From: an uncultured Verrucomicrobiae bacterium | Lineage (GTDB): Bacteria; Verrucomicrobiota; Verrucomicrobiia; Limisphaerales; Palsa-1400 | DNA length: 64,000 nt | Direction: 5' to 3' | NCBI GenBank assembly: GCA_963702845.1 | Contig: OY969763.1 | Location: 1,216,001-1,280,000, forward strand | Shown: in pieces, positions 10,549 to 20,006 of the stretch | Layout: every line of letters starts with the position of its first letter | How positions within the stretch are numbered: position 1 is the stretch's first letter | Notes under the pieces: model-generated | The model's database searches: none | Told to the model about the DNA's origin: nothing | Seen by the model: only the letters and a program-made list of their open reading frames with translations | Program-made: the position numbers and the translations under genes

Positions 10549-11685
10549 CTACGAAGAGATGACCGAAGAAAGTTCGGCTAAGCGTCCGTCGCTTGTAATG
10601 CGAACGATGCAAAAATCAGCGCGTTGGCCAACGGCAATTTCTTTTTGCAAATCCATGAACTTCGAAGGTGCTTCGGCGGCGCGTTTCCAGGTTTCCTGCC
10701 ACGGCACATCCAGCATCTCCGCGGCACGAAAGACGCCGTCGATCGGGCGGAGCGCTGAACCCGCGAAATTTGTTTTGCCGGGTAATCGCACGACCTGGTC
10801 CTCACCCACTTCGAGTTCCATTGCGCCGAGTTTGTATTTGCCCGGTCCAGCGCCAGCGGCTGACATCGCGTCAGTCGTGTAGAAAATTTTGTCCAAGGTC
10901 CGATGCACCAATCGGAACAGCGTTGGTGACACGTGAATCTTATCGGGAATCAAACTGACTGTAAGTTCTGGTCGTTCGAAGATGCGCCAAAGAATGTTGT
11001 CGTGTCGGTCGAGGTCGCGAGGGCAACCGTTGCCGAGATGAGTGAAGCCCGTCGCGCCCGCGTCCACCGCTTGTTTGATTAATTCTGCTGAGGCGTTCGT
11101 GTGTCCCAAGCTGACTTTTGCGCCGCGCGACGCCGCGTACTTTATCGCACCAATGGCTCCGTTGCGCTCGGGAGAAATAGTGAGCAAAAGAGGATCGCCA
11201 GCTGCGATGTCGCATAGTTCGTCGATCGCGTGCGGAGTTGGATCGAGCATCAACGCAGGGTCGTGAGCGCCGTGGAACCCGGGCGCGCTCGACATAAAAG
11301 GTCCTTCAATTTGCCAGCCGGCAATCGCCGAACGAAGCTCGTTGGATTCGTCGCGGAGCTGTTTCGCGCGGCGAAATCGCGCCGTGAGCTTTTTCCAATC
11401 CGCCGTAATGAGCGTCAGGAAAAACTTTCCACAACCGTGTTCGCGAAGCTTCCGCGCAGCGAGCAGGAGGTCATCCGCCGTGAAGTCGTCCCGCTGAAAA
11501 TCGATCCCGCCGTAGCCGTTGATTTGCACGTCAAACAACGACGGCGCGATCCATAAAGAATCAGCGGGAGCATTGCTGCTCCCGCTGGTCAGATCTTCAA
11601 TTTTTGTAACGACCCCATTTTTCCAGGTGACACGCACCGGCTTGCGCGATGCGTAATGCCACGCTGCAATTTCGCCATCGTTCAT
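10549..11685 (-). CDS. nagA: N-acetylglucosamine-6-phosphate deacetylase
   Basis: Motifs DVQINGYGG, EGPF...GAH, GHTNA, THLGN, D.IHV, TDAM and AGS. Confidence 0.9.
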   Translation of the reverse strand: MNDGEIAAWHYASRKPVRVTWKNGVVTKIEDLTSGSSNAPADSLWIAPSLFDVQINGYGGIDFQRDDFTADDLLLAARKLREHGCGKFFLTLITADWKKLTARFRRAKQLRDESNELRSAIAGWQIEGPFMSSAPGFHGAHDPALMLDPTPHAIDELCDIAAGDPLLLTISPERNGAIGAIKYAASRGAKVSLGHTNASAELIKQAVDAGATGFTHLGNGCPRDLDRHDNILWRIFERPELTVSLIPDKIHVSPTLFRLVHRTLDKIFYTTDAMSAAGAGPGKYKLGAMELEVGEDQVVRLPGKTNFAGSALRPIDGVFRAAEMLDVPWQETWKRAAEAPSKFMDLQKEIAVGQRADFCIVRITSDGRLAELSSVISS

Positions 11686-11697
11686 TATTTGCGCAGC

Positions 11698-12366
11698 TTA
11701 GTAGTGCCAGGTCAATGCGAGCACGACGGCGTGGGTGAACAATTTGTCGGTGCGCACCTGCAAGCTGTTCTCTTTCCAGTCGTGGCTGGTTGTGCCGAGG
11801 AATTTGTATCCGAGCGCGACATGTGCATTATCGCAAAGTTTGTAGCGCAAGCCACCAAACGCCTGATAAGCGAAGGTGAAATCTGTGTCACTCAATTTGC
11901 CGGAAGGAAACTGCGCGTCGAACATCGCGGCTTCACCGCCTGCGCCAACTCCAAGGTATGGTGACAAACATTTTTCCGGACAGATTTTGTAAACGACGTT
12001 CAGCAAAAGCGGAATCTGGTAAAGGTCACCCTTGCCGCTTTCGTAGGTTTCTTCCGTAGCTGGTGGGGGCGGAGGAACAACATTACCCACCCGTTTCATG
12101 TGGTTCCAAATCACGCCGGTCTGCAATTGCAGGCCGAGATTCTCATTCAGCATCAATCCCCAGGTGAGGTCGGCGCGCACACCAGGATTGAAATGCGCTT
12201 TTTGACCTTCCGTATCCTTAAGTGTCTCGCCTTGCACAAACGAGGCGCCGGCATCAACACCGAAGTAGGATTTTGTAAAGTCGAGTGCCTGAACATTTAC
12301 AGTCGCCAAAATCGCGGCTCCTGCAATTACCGATTTGAAAATGGTGGTTTTGCTCATAGGGCGCAA
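11698..12366 (-). CDS. Outer-membrane beta-barrel protein (8-stranded OmpA/Opa-like)
   Basis: Signal peptide, alternating beta strands, SPYLGVGAG, FAYQAFGGLRY and an aromatic C-terminus (LTWHY). Confidence 0.8.
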   Translation of the reverse strand: MRPMSKTTIFKSVIAGAAILATVNVQALDFTKSYFGVDAGASFVQGETLKDTEGQKAHFNPGVRADLTWGLMLNENLGLQLQTGVIWNHMKRVGNVVPPPPPATEETYESGKGDLYQIPLLLNVVYKICPEKCLSPYLGVGAGGEAAMFDAQFPSGKLSDTDFTFAYQAFGGLRYKLCDNAHVALGYKFLGTTSHDWKENSLQVRTDKLFTHAVVLALTWHY

Positions 12367-12560
12367 CTATCGTACGCTTGCGTTGAGTTGACAAGGTGCT
12401 TTTTTTGGAACCTTCGATCGAACCTGTGGACTGGTGGCGTGAATCGGTTTCCTTCTGCAACACGCATAAATAAATATTGACAGGTTTTTCACTACATACT
12501 ATTAGCAGTGTTTGCTGCGGGTGCATACTACAAGGCAAGGTGTAGCTGCGGCGACCGTTA

Positions 12561-14306
12561 ATGAAAAGGAAGGCCGATGGGCAGTTAAATTTGCTTCCGC
12601 TTGTTCCACAGCAGGCTGAATCTGAGCTTGTAGCTAAGTTGAACCCGGGCACGGCGCAACCGGAGTCGAAACCCGAACAGAGCCTGGTTCTCGTCGTCAA
12701 ACGCGACGGCACTTCCGAACCATTCAACAAAACGCGGATAACCCTCGCTCTCGAAAGCGCTTTTAAAGCCGTCCGCGATATTCCGGTAGACACAGCAATG
12801 ACGGATTCGATGATGGAATCCGTCACAAATCTTGCCGAGAAAATTTCCAAACGCGTTCTTGAAGACACTGCTCAAGGAACGACGCTCGATGTTGAATACA
12901 TTCAGGACGTTGTCGAAAACCAGTTGATGTGCGACGGCTATCTCACTGAGGCGCGCCGCTACATTCTCTATCGCGAAGATCGGCGCAAAATCCGCGAACA
13001 AACGCCAAGCGCACTTCCAGAAGCACCGGCCGCACCCGTTGAAGAAACGCCTAACACAAATTTATTGCTGAAGGTGATTTATGCGGAAGCGCTTCCTGAC
13101 GCTTCGTCTGCAAATGACCTTGCGGCAAGTCTCCGTCGCAATTTCAGCTACGCGATTCAGGATGCGGTTCACAACGACCAACTATCGCCGGAATTGCTGA
13201 TGTTCGATTTAGAACATCTTTCCAGTGCATTGCAGTTGGATCGGGACCGATTGATTTCTCGGGCGGGGGTTGAATGGCTTTACGCAAACTGTCTTGCGCG
13301 TGAGTGCGACCATTCTATCGAAACGCCGCAGTATTTCTGGATGCGCGTGGCGATGGCTATGGCCGCCAGCGAGGACGACCGGGAAGCGCGTGCGCTGGAG
13401 TTTTATGAAGTCCTGTCCACGTTGCGGTTTTTACCATCGGAAAAACTTCTTCGGACCAGCGGCCGTTCCAGCGCGATCGCCAATCGGATGCTGGCCGACG
13501 TTGAGGACTTCGATGCTTCTGCTCGTGTGGCTGGCCATGTAAATATCGCGGCGCACATCCAGAACGGGACGCTCGATGAATTGCTGCTCTATGGAACCAT
13601 TTCGAGCGCGGTCCGCTTGCTCGATAACGCGGTGGAGTTAGCCGGCGCGAAGTTGAATGCCGCAGCTATTCACGCGCGCGAATACCGCGACATTGCGCTC
13701 GGTATCGTCGGGTACGAAAAAGCGCTGGAGTCACTCAATATTTCTGCCGATACCGATGCAGCGATGAATTACGTCGAACGCGCCGCGGAAAGCATCGCGT
13801 ATTACACAACGCTCGCGTCCGCCACTCTGGCTGCTGAGCGCGGTTCTTTCCCGGGACATTCCGATTCGAATTGGAACATCGGTGCACTACCATTTGAATC
13901 GTTGAAACTTTTGCCCGCGCAAAGCGGCGGTTCACCCAACGTGAATTTCTCAAAGGAATGGCTGGCAGTGCGTGCTGCCGTGCGGCAGTACGGAATGCGA
14001 AATGGCCACATCCTTGCGCTCACGCCTGCGCAAGTGATCGAAAAAATAATCAGCGATGCCGCACCGCGTTTATCATTCAGCGCGCAACTCAATCGCCTCG
14101 TGCGCTGTCGCAAGTGGATTGATGGCAGGGTGTGGATCACGTTGCCCGAAGACCTTGCCGGTCCCGACCTGGAGCAGGCCTATTTGCTGGCTCAACAGCT
14201 CGGCATTCGTCCGTTTACGTTGCCGGTTCGTGTCACGATTTCAGAACCATTCACCGACGCTGCCGCTGCGACGAAGGTTCTGAAGAGCATTGAAAGATCT
14301 TCGTAA
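12561..14306 (+). CDS. ATP-cone protein with a condensed, catalytically dead ribonucleotide reductase alpha-like domain
   Basis: ATP cone VVKRDG..EPFNKTRI...VEYIQDVVENQLM...ARRYILYRE; NrdA-like segments ETPQYFWMRVAM, R.IALG..G, LAAERGSF, GMRN and KWID. The SSC, NLCxE, CNL, YY and C-terminal Cys-pair motifs are absent. Confidence 0.8.
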   Translation: MKRKADGQLNLLPLVPQQAESELVAKLNPGTAQPESKPEQSLVLVVKRDGTSEPFNKTRITLALESAFKAVRDIPVDTAMTDSMMESVTNLAEKISKRVLEDTAQGTTLDVEYIQDVVENQLMCDGYLTEARRYILYREDRRKIREQTPSALPEAPAAPVEETPNTNLLLKVIYAEALPDASSANDLAASLRRNFSYAIQDAVHNDQLSPELLMFDLEHLSSALQLDRDRLISRAGVEWLYANCLARECDHSIETPQYFWMRVAMAMAASEDDREARALEFYEVLSTLRFLPSEKLLRTSGRSSAIANRMLADVEDFDASARVAGHVNIAAHIQNGTLDELLLYGTISSAVRLLDNAVELAGAKLNAAAIHAREYRDIALGIVGYEKALESLNISADTDAAMNYVERAAESIAYYTTLASATLAAERGSFPGHSDSNWNIGALPFESLKLLPAQSGGSPNVNFSKEWLAVRAAVRQYGMRNGHILALTPAQVIEKIISDAAPRLSFSAQLNRLVRCRKWIDGRVWITLPEDLAGPDLEQAYLLAQQLGIRPFTLPVRVTISEPFTDAAAATKVLKSIERSS

Positions 14307-14307
14307 G

Positions 14308-15552
14308 CTATTGCGCGATTGTCATCAGCGCGTGCTCTCGTTCCAGCAACGTGGGATGCGAGTAATAGAAGCCACTGTAATACGGATGCGGCGTCAGGTT
14401 GCTGAGATTTTTTTCGTTCAACTTGCGTATGGCGCCGATCAACGATCGCACTTCAGACATCACGCCTGCCGCGTAGGCGTCGGCCTCATACTCGTACTTT
14501 CGCGAGAACATGTGGGACATCGGCGAAATCCAAAACGTCACTGTTCCCGCAAGCAATCCGAACAATAGAAACGCCGGCACGACACTCAACGTCGAAAATC
14601 CAAACGCTTGATAAAACCATGCCTGCTTGGCCAGGACAGAGATGATAAAAAAACCAATCAACGTCGCGACTGCCGACCAAATCATCGTCTTGGGAATGTG
14701 ACGTTTTTTGTAATGGCCGATTTCGTGGGCCAGAACGGCTTCCAGTTCGGTTGGCTGTAGTTGCTCCACCAGCGTGTCAAATAGAACAATTTTCCGGAAA
14801 TGACCGAACCCGGTGAAAAACGCGTTAGAATGGCGCGATCGTTTGCTGCCGTCCATCACTTGAATGTCTTTGGCCCTGAAACCCGCGCGTTCACCCAATC
14901 CCAGCAACTGCTCCCGCAACGGCCCTTCTGGTAACGGAGAAAACTTGTTGAACAGCGGCATGATCACGATCGGCGCGAGAACGAGCATGATGAGTTGAAA
15001 CACCATCATGCAACCCCACGCCCATAACCACCACCAGTCACCCAACCAATCGACCAGTTTGAAAATCAACCAAAGCAGCGGAAACCCAATGGTGATGCCG
15101 AGCAACAAACCTTTGATGCGATCCATCCAGAACGTTTTCGTAGTCGTCGTGTTGAACCCGAACCGCTGCTCCAAATTAAACTGTGAATACCAGTCAAACG
15201 GCAGGTCAGGCACGGTGAGTAAAATACTGGTTGCCACAACAAATGCCGCGCCGGCCCACATTGCATGGCCAAGCGAATTCTGAAACACGTTGTAAAACCA
15301 GGGGAGAACGCCACTGAACAAGACAAGCGCCAACACGATCACGCTCCACGTGAGTTCAACGCAGTGGAACTTACTTTTCGCGAGTGTGTAGTCGACGGAC
15401 TTTCTGTAATTCTCCGTCGTGACGACGGCTTTGAATGCTTCGGGCACCGCCGCGGCATTCGCGCGGACATGTTTTTGATTGAGAAGTTCCAGCCAGAGCT
15501 GCGCGAGCCAACGCGCGCCGAGCAGCACGGCGAATATGATCATTACAGTCAC
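14308..15552 (-). CDS. M48 family (Ste24-like) membrane zinc metalloprotease
   Basis: DGSKRSRHSNAFFTG, HEIGH zinc motif, EYEAD, SHPTLLER and multiple TM helices. Confidence 0.92.
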   Translation of the reverse strand: MTVMIIFAVLLGARWLAQLWLELLNQKHVRANAAAVPEAFKAVVTTENYRKSVDYTLAKSKFHCVELTWSVIVLALVLFSGVLPWFYNVFQNSLGHAMWAGAAFVVATSILLTVPDLPFDWYSQFNLEQRFGFNTTTTKTFWMDRIKGLLLGITIGFPLLWLIFKLVDWLGDWWWLWAWGCMMVFQLIMLVLAPIVIMPLFNKFSPLPEGPLREQLLGLGERAGFRAKDIQVMDGSKRSRHSNAFFTGFGHFRKIVLFDTLVEQLQPTELEAVLAHEIGHYKKRHIPKTMIWSAVATLIGFFIISVLAKQAWFYQAFGFSTLSVVPAFLLFGLLAGTVTFWISPMSHMFSRKYEYEADAYAAGVMSEVRSLIGAIRKLNEKNLSNLTPHPYYSGFYYSHPTLLEREHALMTIAQ

Positions 15553-15576
15553 AGGGAAACCCTACACCGGATCGTG

Positions 15577-17766
15577 TTACCTGTTACTCCGTCCCGCGCC
15601 TTTTCGTTCGGGGCGCTTTCGTCCACGCAACTCTTCCTGGCTTGCCTCGCGTGCAATTTGGAAATCCACCTGCTTTTTGAAGCTATCGACCTTGAAAACC
15701 TGCACCACGACTTTGTCGCCAAGCTTGATCACGCGACGCGTTCGCCGTCCGACCAGATGATTTCGAGCGGAGTCGAACACAAAGAAGTCATCGTGCATGG
15801 AAGATAGGTGCACCAACCCACTCATGCCGAGATCGGTAACATCCACGAAGAAACCAAAGTTTCGCACGTCGGTGACGAGCGCCTGATATTTGTGCAGCGG
15901 CCCGTCTTTCAACTGCGCCTTCAAAAACGCGAACATCTTCACGTCTTTGCTGTCTCGCTCGGCGTCGGCAGAGTTGCGTTCGGTTTCCGAGATGTGATCG
16001 GTAATCGATTTCAACGCGAACCCGACTGCGCTGTTCTTGTTAAAGAGCGCGCGATGCACGAGCAAATCCGCGTAACGACGAATCGGCGAAGTGAAATGCG
16101 TGTATTTGGCTTTGGCCAATCCATAGTGGCCGATCGGCTCAACCGCATAGCGTGCGCGCATCAGTGACTTGAGAAAACCGATTTTCAACGCGTTGCCGAT
16201 CGGGATCGTTCCCAGTCGTTGCAAAAGTTTTTGAACCTCGGGACGATGCGTCAAATTTCCACATGGTATATTGTGGCTGACGACTTCCTCGCGATATTCC
16301 TGCAACCGCTCCTCGTTCGGAGGTTCATGAATGCGATGTGGCGCTGGGCGACGCATCGAAATTAGTTTTGTCGCCACCGCCTCGTTGGCGAGCAGCATGT
16401 ATTCTTCGATGAGTTGATGGGAAACGTCGTTTTCCATTTTCTCGACGAACAACACGCGCCCATGCGCGTCGAGCCGAATTTTGTTTTCTGGAAAATCCAA
16501 ATCCAGCGAACCCGCTTTGAATCGGGCGCGGCGAATCTTTTGCGCCATTTGATGCGCGTCATGCAGCATCTGTTCGACGGGATCGCCATTCCGCGGCTTC
16601 TGCAGGACGCCGAGCGCTTCTTTGTAAGTAAACCGCCGCTTTGATCGAATTACCGATTCGTAAAATTTCGTCTGCAAAACCGCGCCGCTATCCGAAAGCA
16701 AAAACTCCGCGCACTTGGTCAACCGGTCCACGCCGGGTTTGAGCGAACAAAGCTCATTGCTCAATGCCTCTGGCAGCATTGGGATAACGCGATCGACGAG
16801 GTAGGTGGAGTTGCCGCGTTTACCGGCCTCTTCGTCCAACGCCGTCCCCGGTGCGACGTAGTGCGATACGTCCGCAATGTGAACCCAAAGTTTCCAACGA
16901 CCGTCACCGGCAGGTTGCAAACAAATCGCGTCGTCGAAGTCCTTTGCGTCATCTGGATCGATCGTCACGACATTATGCCGGCGCGCATCGACACGTCCTC
17001 GCATTTCCTCTTCAGTCGGTTCGCCAAGCGGTCGCGCCTTTGCAATCGTATTGGCCTCGTGCAAAACATTCCGTGCGAAGTGCAGCGGCAAATTGTATTG
17101 GCGCAGCACCGACAACATGTCGACGCCTTCTTCATCCGGCTTGCCCAGCACTTCGACGATTTCGCCTTCGGGATTGCTGGAACGCGATAGCCACTCGCGA
17201 AGTTCCACGACCACCTTGTCGCCAACCAGCGGTTCGCGTCCGACATCTTTTGCCGGTGGCACATAAATGTCGTGCGGAATGCGCGGATCATCCGGAATGA
17301 CAAACCAAAATTGCGGCGACTTTTGCAGGGTGCCGACCAGTTGCACACGCTTTCTTTCGAGAATGCGCACAACCGAACCGCGCATCTCACTTTCGCGTTC
17401 GTGTGGTCCGCGCCGTGCGCCGTGCGCTCGAACCTCGCGTCGCACCAATACGCGATCGCCATGTAGCGCAGTGCCGGTTTGGTTCTCAGCAATGACAATT
17501 TCCTTTACGCCTTCTTGTTCAGGCAGAAGAAAGCCTTTCCCTGCGCGATTCATCCGAATGGTGCCGGGAACAAGATCTGCCTCGCGTGAGATAATGAAGC
17601 GGTCGCCTTTGGTGCGGAAGATCTGTCCGCTGTGCTCCATCTGTTTCAACGTTTTTTCAAGCTCTACAAATTCGTGATGCCGTAGGCCAAGCGGGGCGAC
17701 GAGTTGATGGGCGGTTGAGGGACGATAATCTTTTCGTCCGAGAAGCTTTAGAATCTTCTGTTGCAT
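15577..17766 (-). CDS. rnr: Ribonuclease R
   Basis: Catalytic TIDPDDAKDFDDA, HIADVSHY, IEEYMLLANEAVA, YTHFTSPIRRYADL, and a C-terminal S1 domain with basic tail. Confidence 0.95.
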   Translation of the reverse strand: MQQKILKLLGRKDYRPSTAHQLVAPLGLRHHEFVELEKTLKQMEHSGQIFRTKGDRFIISREADLVPGTIRMNRAGKGFLLPEQEGVKEIVIAENQTGTALHGDRVLVRREVRAHGARRGPHERESEMRGSVVRILERKRVQLVGTLQKSPQFWFVIPDDPRIPHDIYVPPAKDVGREPLVGDKVVVELREWLSRSSNPEGEIVEVLGKPDEEGVDMLSVLRQYNLPLHFARNVLHEANTIAKARPLGEPTEEEMRGRVDARRHNVVTIDPDDAKDFDDAICLQPAGDGRWKLWVHIADVSHYVAPGTALDEEAGKRGNSTYLVDRVIPMLPEALSNELCSLKPGVDRLTKCAEFLLSDSGAVLQTKFYESVIRSKRRFTYKEALGVLQKPRNGDPVEQMLHDAHQMAQKIRRARFKAGSLDLDFPENKIRLDAHGRVLFVEKMENDVSHQLIEEYMLLANEAVATKLISMRRPAPHRIHEPPNEERLQEYREEVVSHNIPCGNLTHRPEVQKLLQRLGTIPIGNALKIGFLKSLMRARYAVEPIGHYGLAKAKYTHFTSPIRRYADLLVHRALFNKNSAVGFALKSITDHISETERNSADAERDSKDVKMFAFLKAQLKDGPLHKYQALVTDVRNFGFFVDVTDLGMSGLVHLSSMHDDFFVFDSARNHLVGRRTRRVIKLGDKVVVQVFKVDSFKKQVDFQIAREASQEELRGRKRPERKGAGRSNR

Positions 17767-17769
17767 AAA

Positions 17770-17985
17770 TTATAGCTTGCGCAGCAACCACATGATGACT
17801 GTCAACACAATGCTGAACAGAAGGCACGTAACGATTGGAAAATGAAAGCTGAAACTGTCCCGAGAATAGTGAACGTCGCCCGGTAGCCGGCCCAGCCAAC
17901 CGCGTCCGACGCCCGTCCACATCATCACGCCGATGACCACAATGGCGACTCCAACCACGACGAGTAGTTTACCCATTTCCGGCAT
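17770..17985 (-). CDS. DUF2905 family small membrane protein
   Basis: GWLGRLPGD...FHFPIVTCLLFSIVLT signature. Confidence 0.85.
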   Translation of the reverse strand: MPEMGKLLVVVGVAIVVIGVMMWTGVGRGWLGRLPGDVHYSRDSFSFHFPIVTCLLFSIVLTVIMWLLRKL

Positions 17986-17993
17986 ACCAAACG

Positions 17994-19829
17994 TTATTCC
18001 ACCGTTTCGATTTTTTCAAAGCTCTCTTCGATGAACGTCGTGTTTTGAATCCGGGCGAGCCGGGCATACAGCCCGCCTTGTTCCAGTAATTGCTCATGCG
18101 TCCCGCGCTCGACAATTTCACCGTGACGCATCACCAAAATCTGGTCCGCGTTACGAATCGTGCTCAAGCGATGCGCGATGACAAAGCTGGTGCGATTGGC
18201 CATCAAACGTTCCAACGCCTCTTGAATCAACTTCTCCGTCGCCGTATCAACACTGGCAGTTGCTTCATCAAGAATCAAAATCGGTGCGTTCTTCAATAAT
18301 GCTCGCGCAATACTCACACGTTGCTTTTCGCCGACGCTCAACTTCACACCGCGCTCGCCCACGCGCGAGTCATAGCCATCCGCCAATCGCGAAATAAAAT
18401 CGTGACAGTTCGCCGCGCGCGCCGCGGTCAGCAACTCCTCTTCACTCGCGTCCAACTTTCCGTAAAGAATGTTCTCACGTACCGTGCCGTTGAACAAAAA
18501 CGCCTCCTGGCTCACGACACTGATCTGCGACCGCAACGTGTCGAGCGAGAGTTGCGATACGTCGTGACCATCGATGGTGATTTTGCCGGATGTCGCCTCG
18601 TAAAATGCCGGCAATAAATTGACCAACGTCGATTTACCGGAACCGGTCGGTCCGACGAGCGCAATCATTTGGCCGGGCAACGCGTGCAAGTTGATGTCCT
18701 TAAGTGCGGCGCGATCGTTGCCGTAGCTGAAATGAACATGCTCGTAGCGCACGTCGCCTCGCACGTTTTTCAGATCGATATTTGCACGATCCACCAGTTC
18801 GGTTGTCGCTCGCTCTTCGGCGCTATCCAAAATATCGAACACCCGTTCTCCACCAGCGCGCGCCGCTTGCATCATTTGATTGAGCCCATGAAGCCGTGCC
18901 ACTGGCTCGTAAAAAAGCCCGAGGTAAATGACAAACCCGACCAACTGGCCGACTTTCATTGTGCCGTCGATGACCAATCCTCCGCCAACCCAAAGCACCA
19001 GCGCAATCCCAAGCGCTGCCGCGAAACTCATGGCTGGCGAATACATAGCCCACACTCTCATCACACCGAGCGTCCCCTGGCGTAAATCATCCGCGCGTTT
19101 CGCGAAGCGCGCGTCCTCGTGCTCCTGCCGACCGAACGCCTTGATCTGCCGAATCCCTTGCAAGCTATCCATCAGGAGTGCGTTCATGGCGCTGGAAGCG
19201 AGGCGCTGCGCACGATACCGCGTGTGCGCTGTCAGTGTGTACCAAAGCGCGCCACCGGCAAGAATCGGAATTGGAATCAGCGAAACCGCCGCGAGCAGGG
19301 GATTGGTGTAAAACAATATGCCGCCGATGACGAGCAGGCTCAGGATCGCGACCGTCCCTTGCTCCGTCCCATCAATCAAAACGCGCTCGACCGAATTCAC
19401 ATCTTCAATCACCCTCGTCATCAAATCACCCGAAGCGCGTTGATCAAAATAGCCAACCGGCAACCGTTGCAAGCGCGCGTAGACTTCGCGTCGCATGTCA
19501 TAGATGACGTTTTGTTCAAACGTATTATTGACCCAAAGACGCAAGCTATTGAATGCATCTCGCAATAAAAACGCGGCCAACAATCCAATCACCGCCCAGG
19601 TCAACCGGTCCGGTTTTTTGGCGCCGATCACGTCATCGATGACCACCTGCGTCAATTTGGGATAGGCAATCGCGCACAAGAGCGACAACAGCGCGCAACC
19701 GATGTTTGCCGCCGCCATCCGCTTGTATGGGCGCAAGTAGACCGAAACGCGGCGCAGGATTTCCATCGTCGAACGCGATTTGGCCGCAAACGTCGGGTCT
19801 TCTTTATTGGTATTTTGAACCGGATGCAT
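17994..19829 (-). CDS. ABC exporter, fused permease/ATPase (MsbA-like)
   Basis: N-terminal TM domain, Walker A GPTGSGKST, signature LSVGEKQR, ILILDEATASVD and AHRLST. Confidence 0.92.
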   Translation of the reverse strand: MHPVQNTNKEDPTFAAKSRSTMEILRRVSVYLRPYKRMAAANIGCALLSLLCAIAYPKLTQVVIDDVIGAKKPDRLTWAVIGLLAAFLLRDAFNSLRLWVNNTFEQNVIYDMRREVYARLQRLPVGYFDQRASGDLMTRVIEDVNSVERVLIDGTEQGTVAILSLLVIGGILFYTNPLLAAVSLIPIPILAGGALWYTLTAHTRYRAQRLASSAMNALLMDSLQGIRQIKAFGRQEHEDARFAKRADDLRQGTLGVMRVWAMYSPAMSFAAALGIALVLWVGGGLVIDGTMKVGQLVGFVIYLGLFYEPVARLHGLNQMMQAARAGGERVFDILDSAEERATTELVDRANIDLKNVRGDVRYEHVHFSYGNDRAALKDINLHALPGQMIALVGPTGSGKSTLVNLLPAFYEATSGKITIDGHDVSQLSLDTLRSQISVVSQEAFLFNGTVRENILYGKLDASEEELLTAARAANCHDFISRLADGYDSRVGERGVKLSVGEKQRVSIARALLKNAPILILDEATASVDTATEKLIQEALERLMANRTSFVIAHRLSTIRNADQILVMRHGEIVERGTHEQLLEQGGLYARLARIQNTTFIEESFEKIETVE

Positions 19830-20006
19830 TGTTACGAACAGGCAGCTTACGATGCTTTATTATTTGAAACATTCAAATTCGACTCAGCCAAATAGCGCGA
19901 AATTGAATTGCCCACCGGCGAATTTTCAGTAATACTTTCCCCTACAAAGGATTGTGCGTTCCCTTGCATTCTGAGTCCATGCTGAGCTAGGCGCAGTCAT
20001 TCGAAA

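Noticed and set aside
12561..14306. Calling this gene nrdA or nrdJ
   Set aside because: All catalytic cysteines and the radical-transfer tyrosines are absent, so it cannot be an active RNR by itself.
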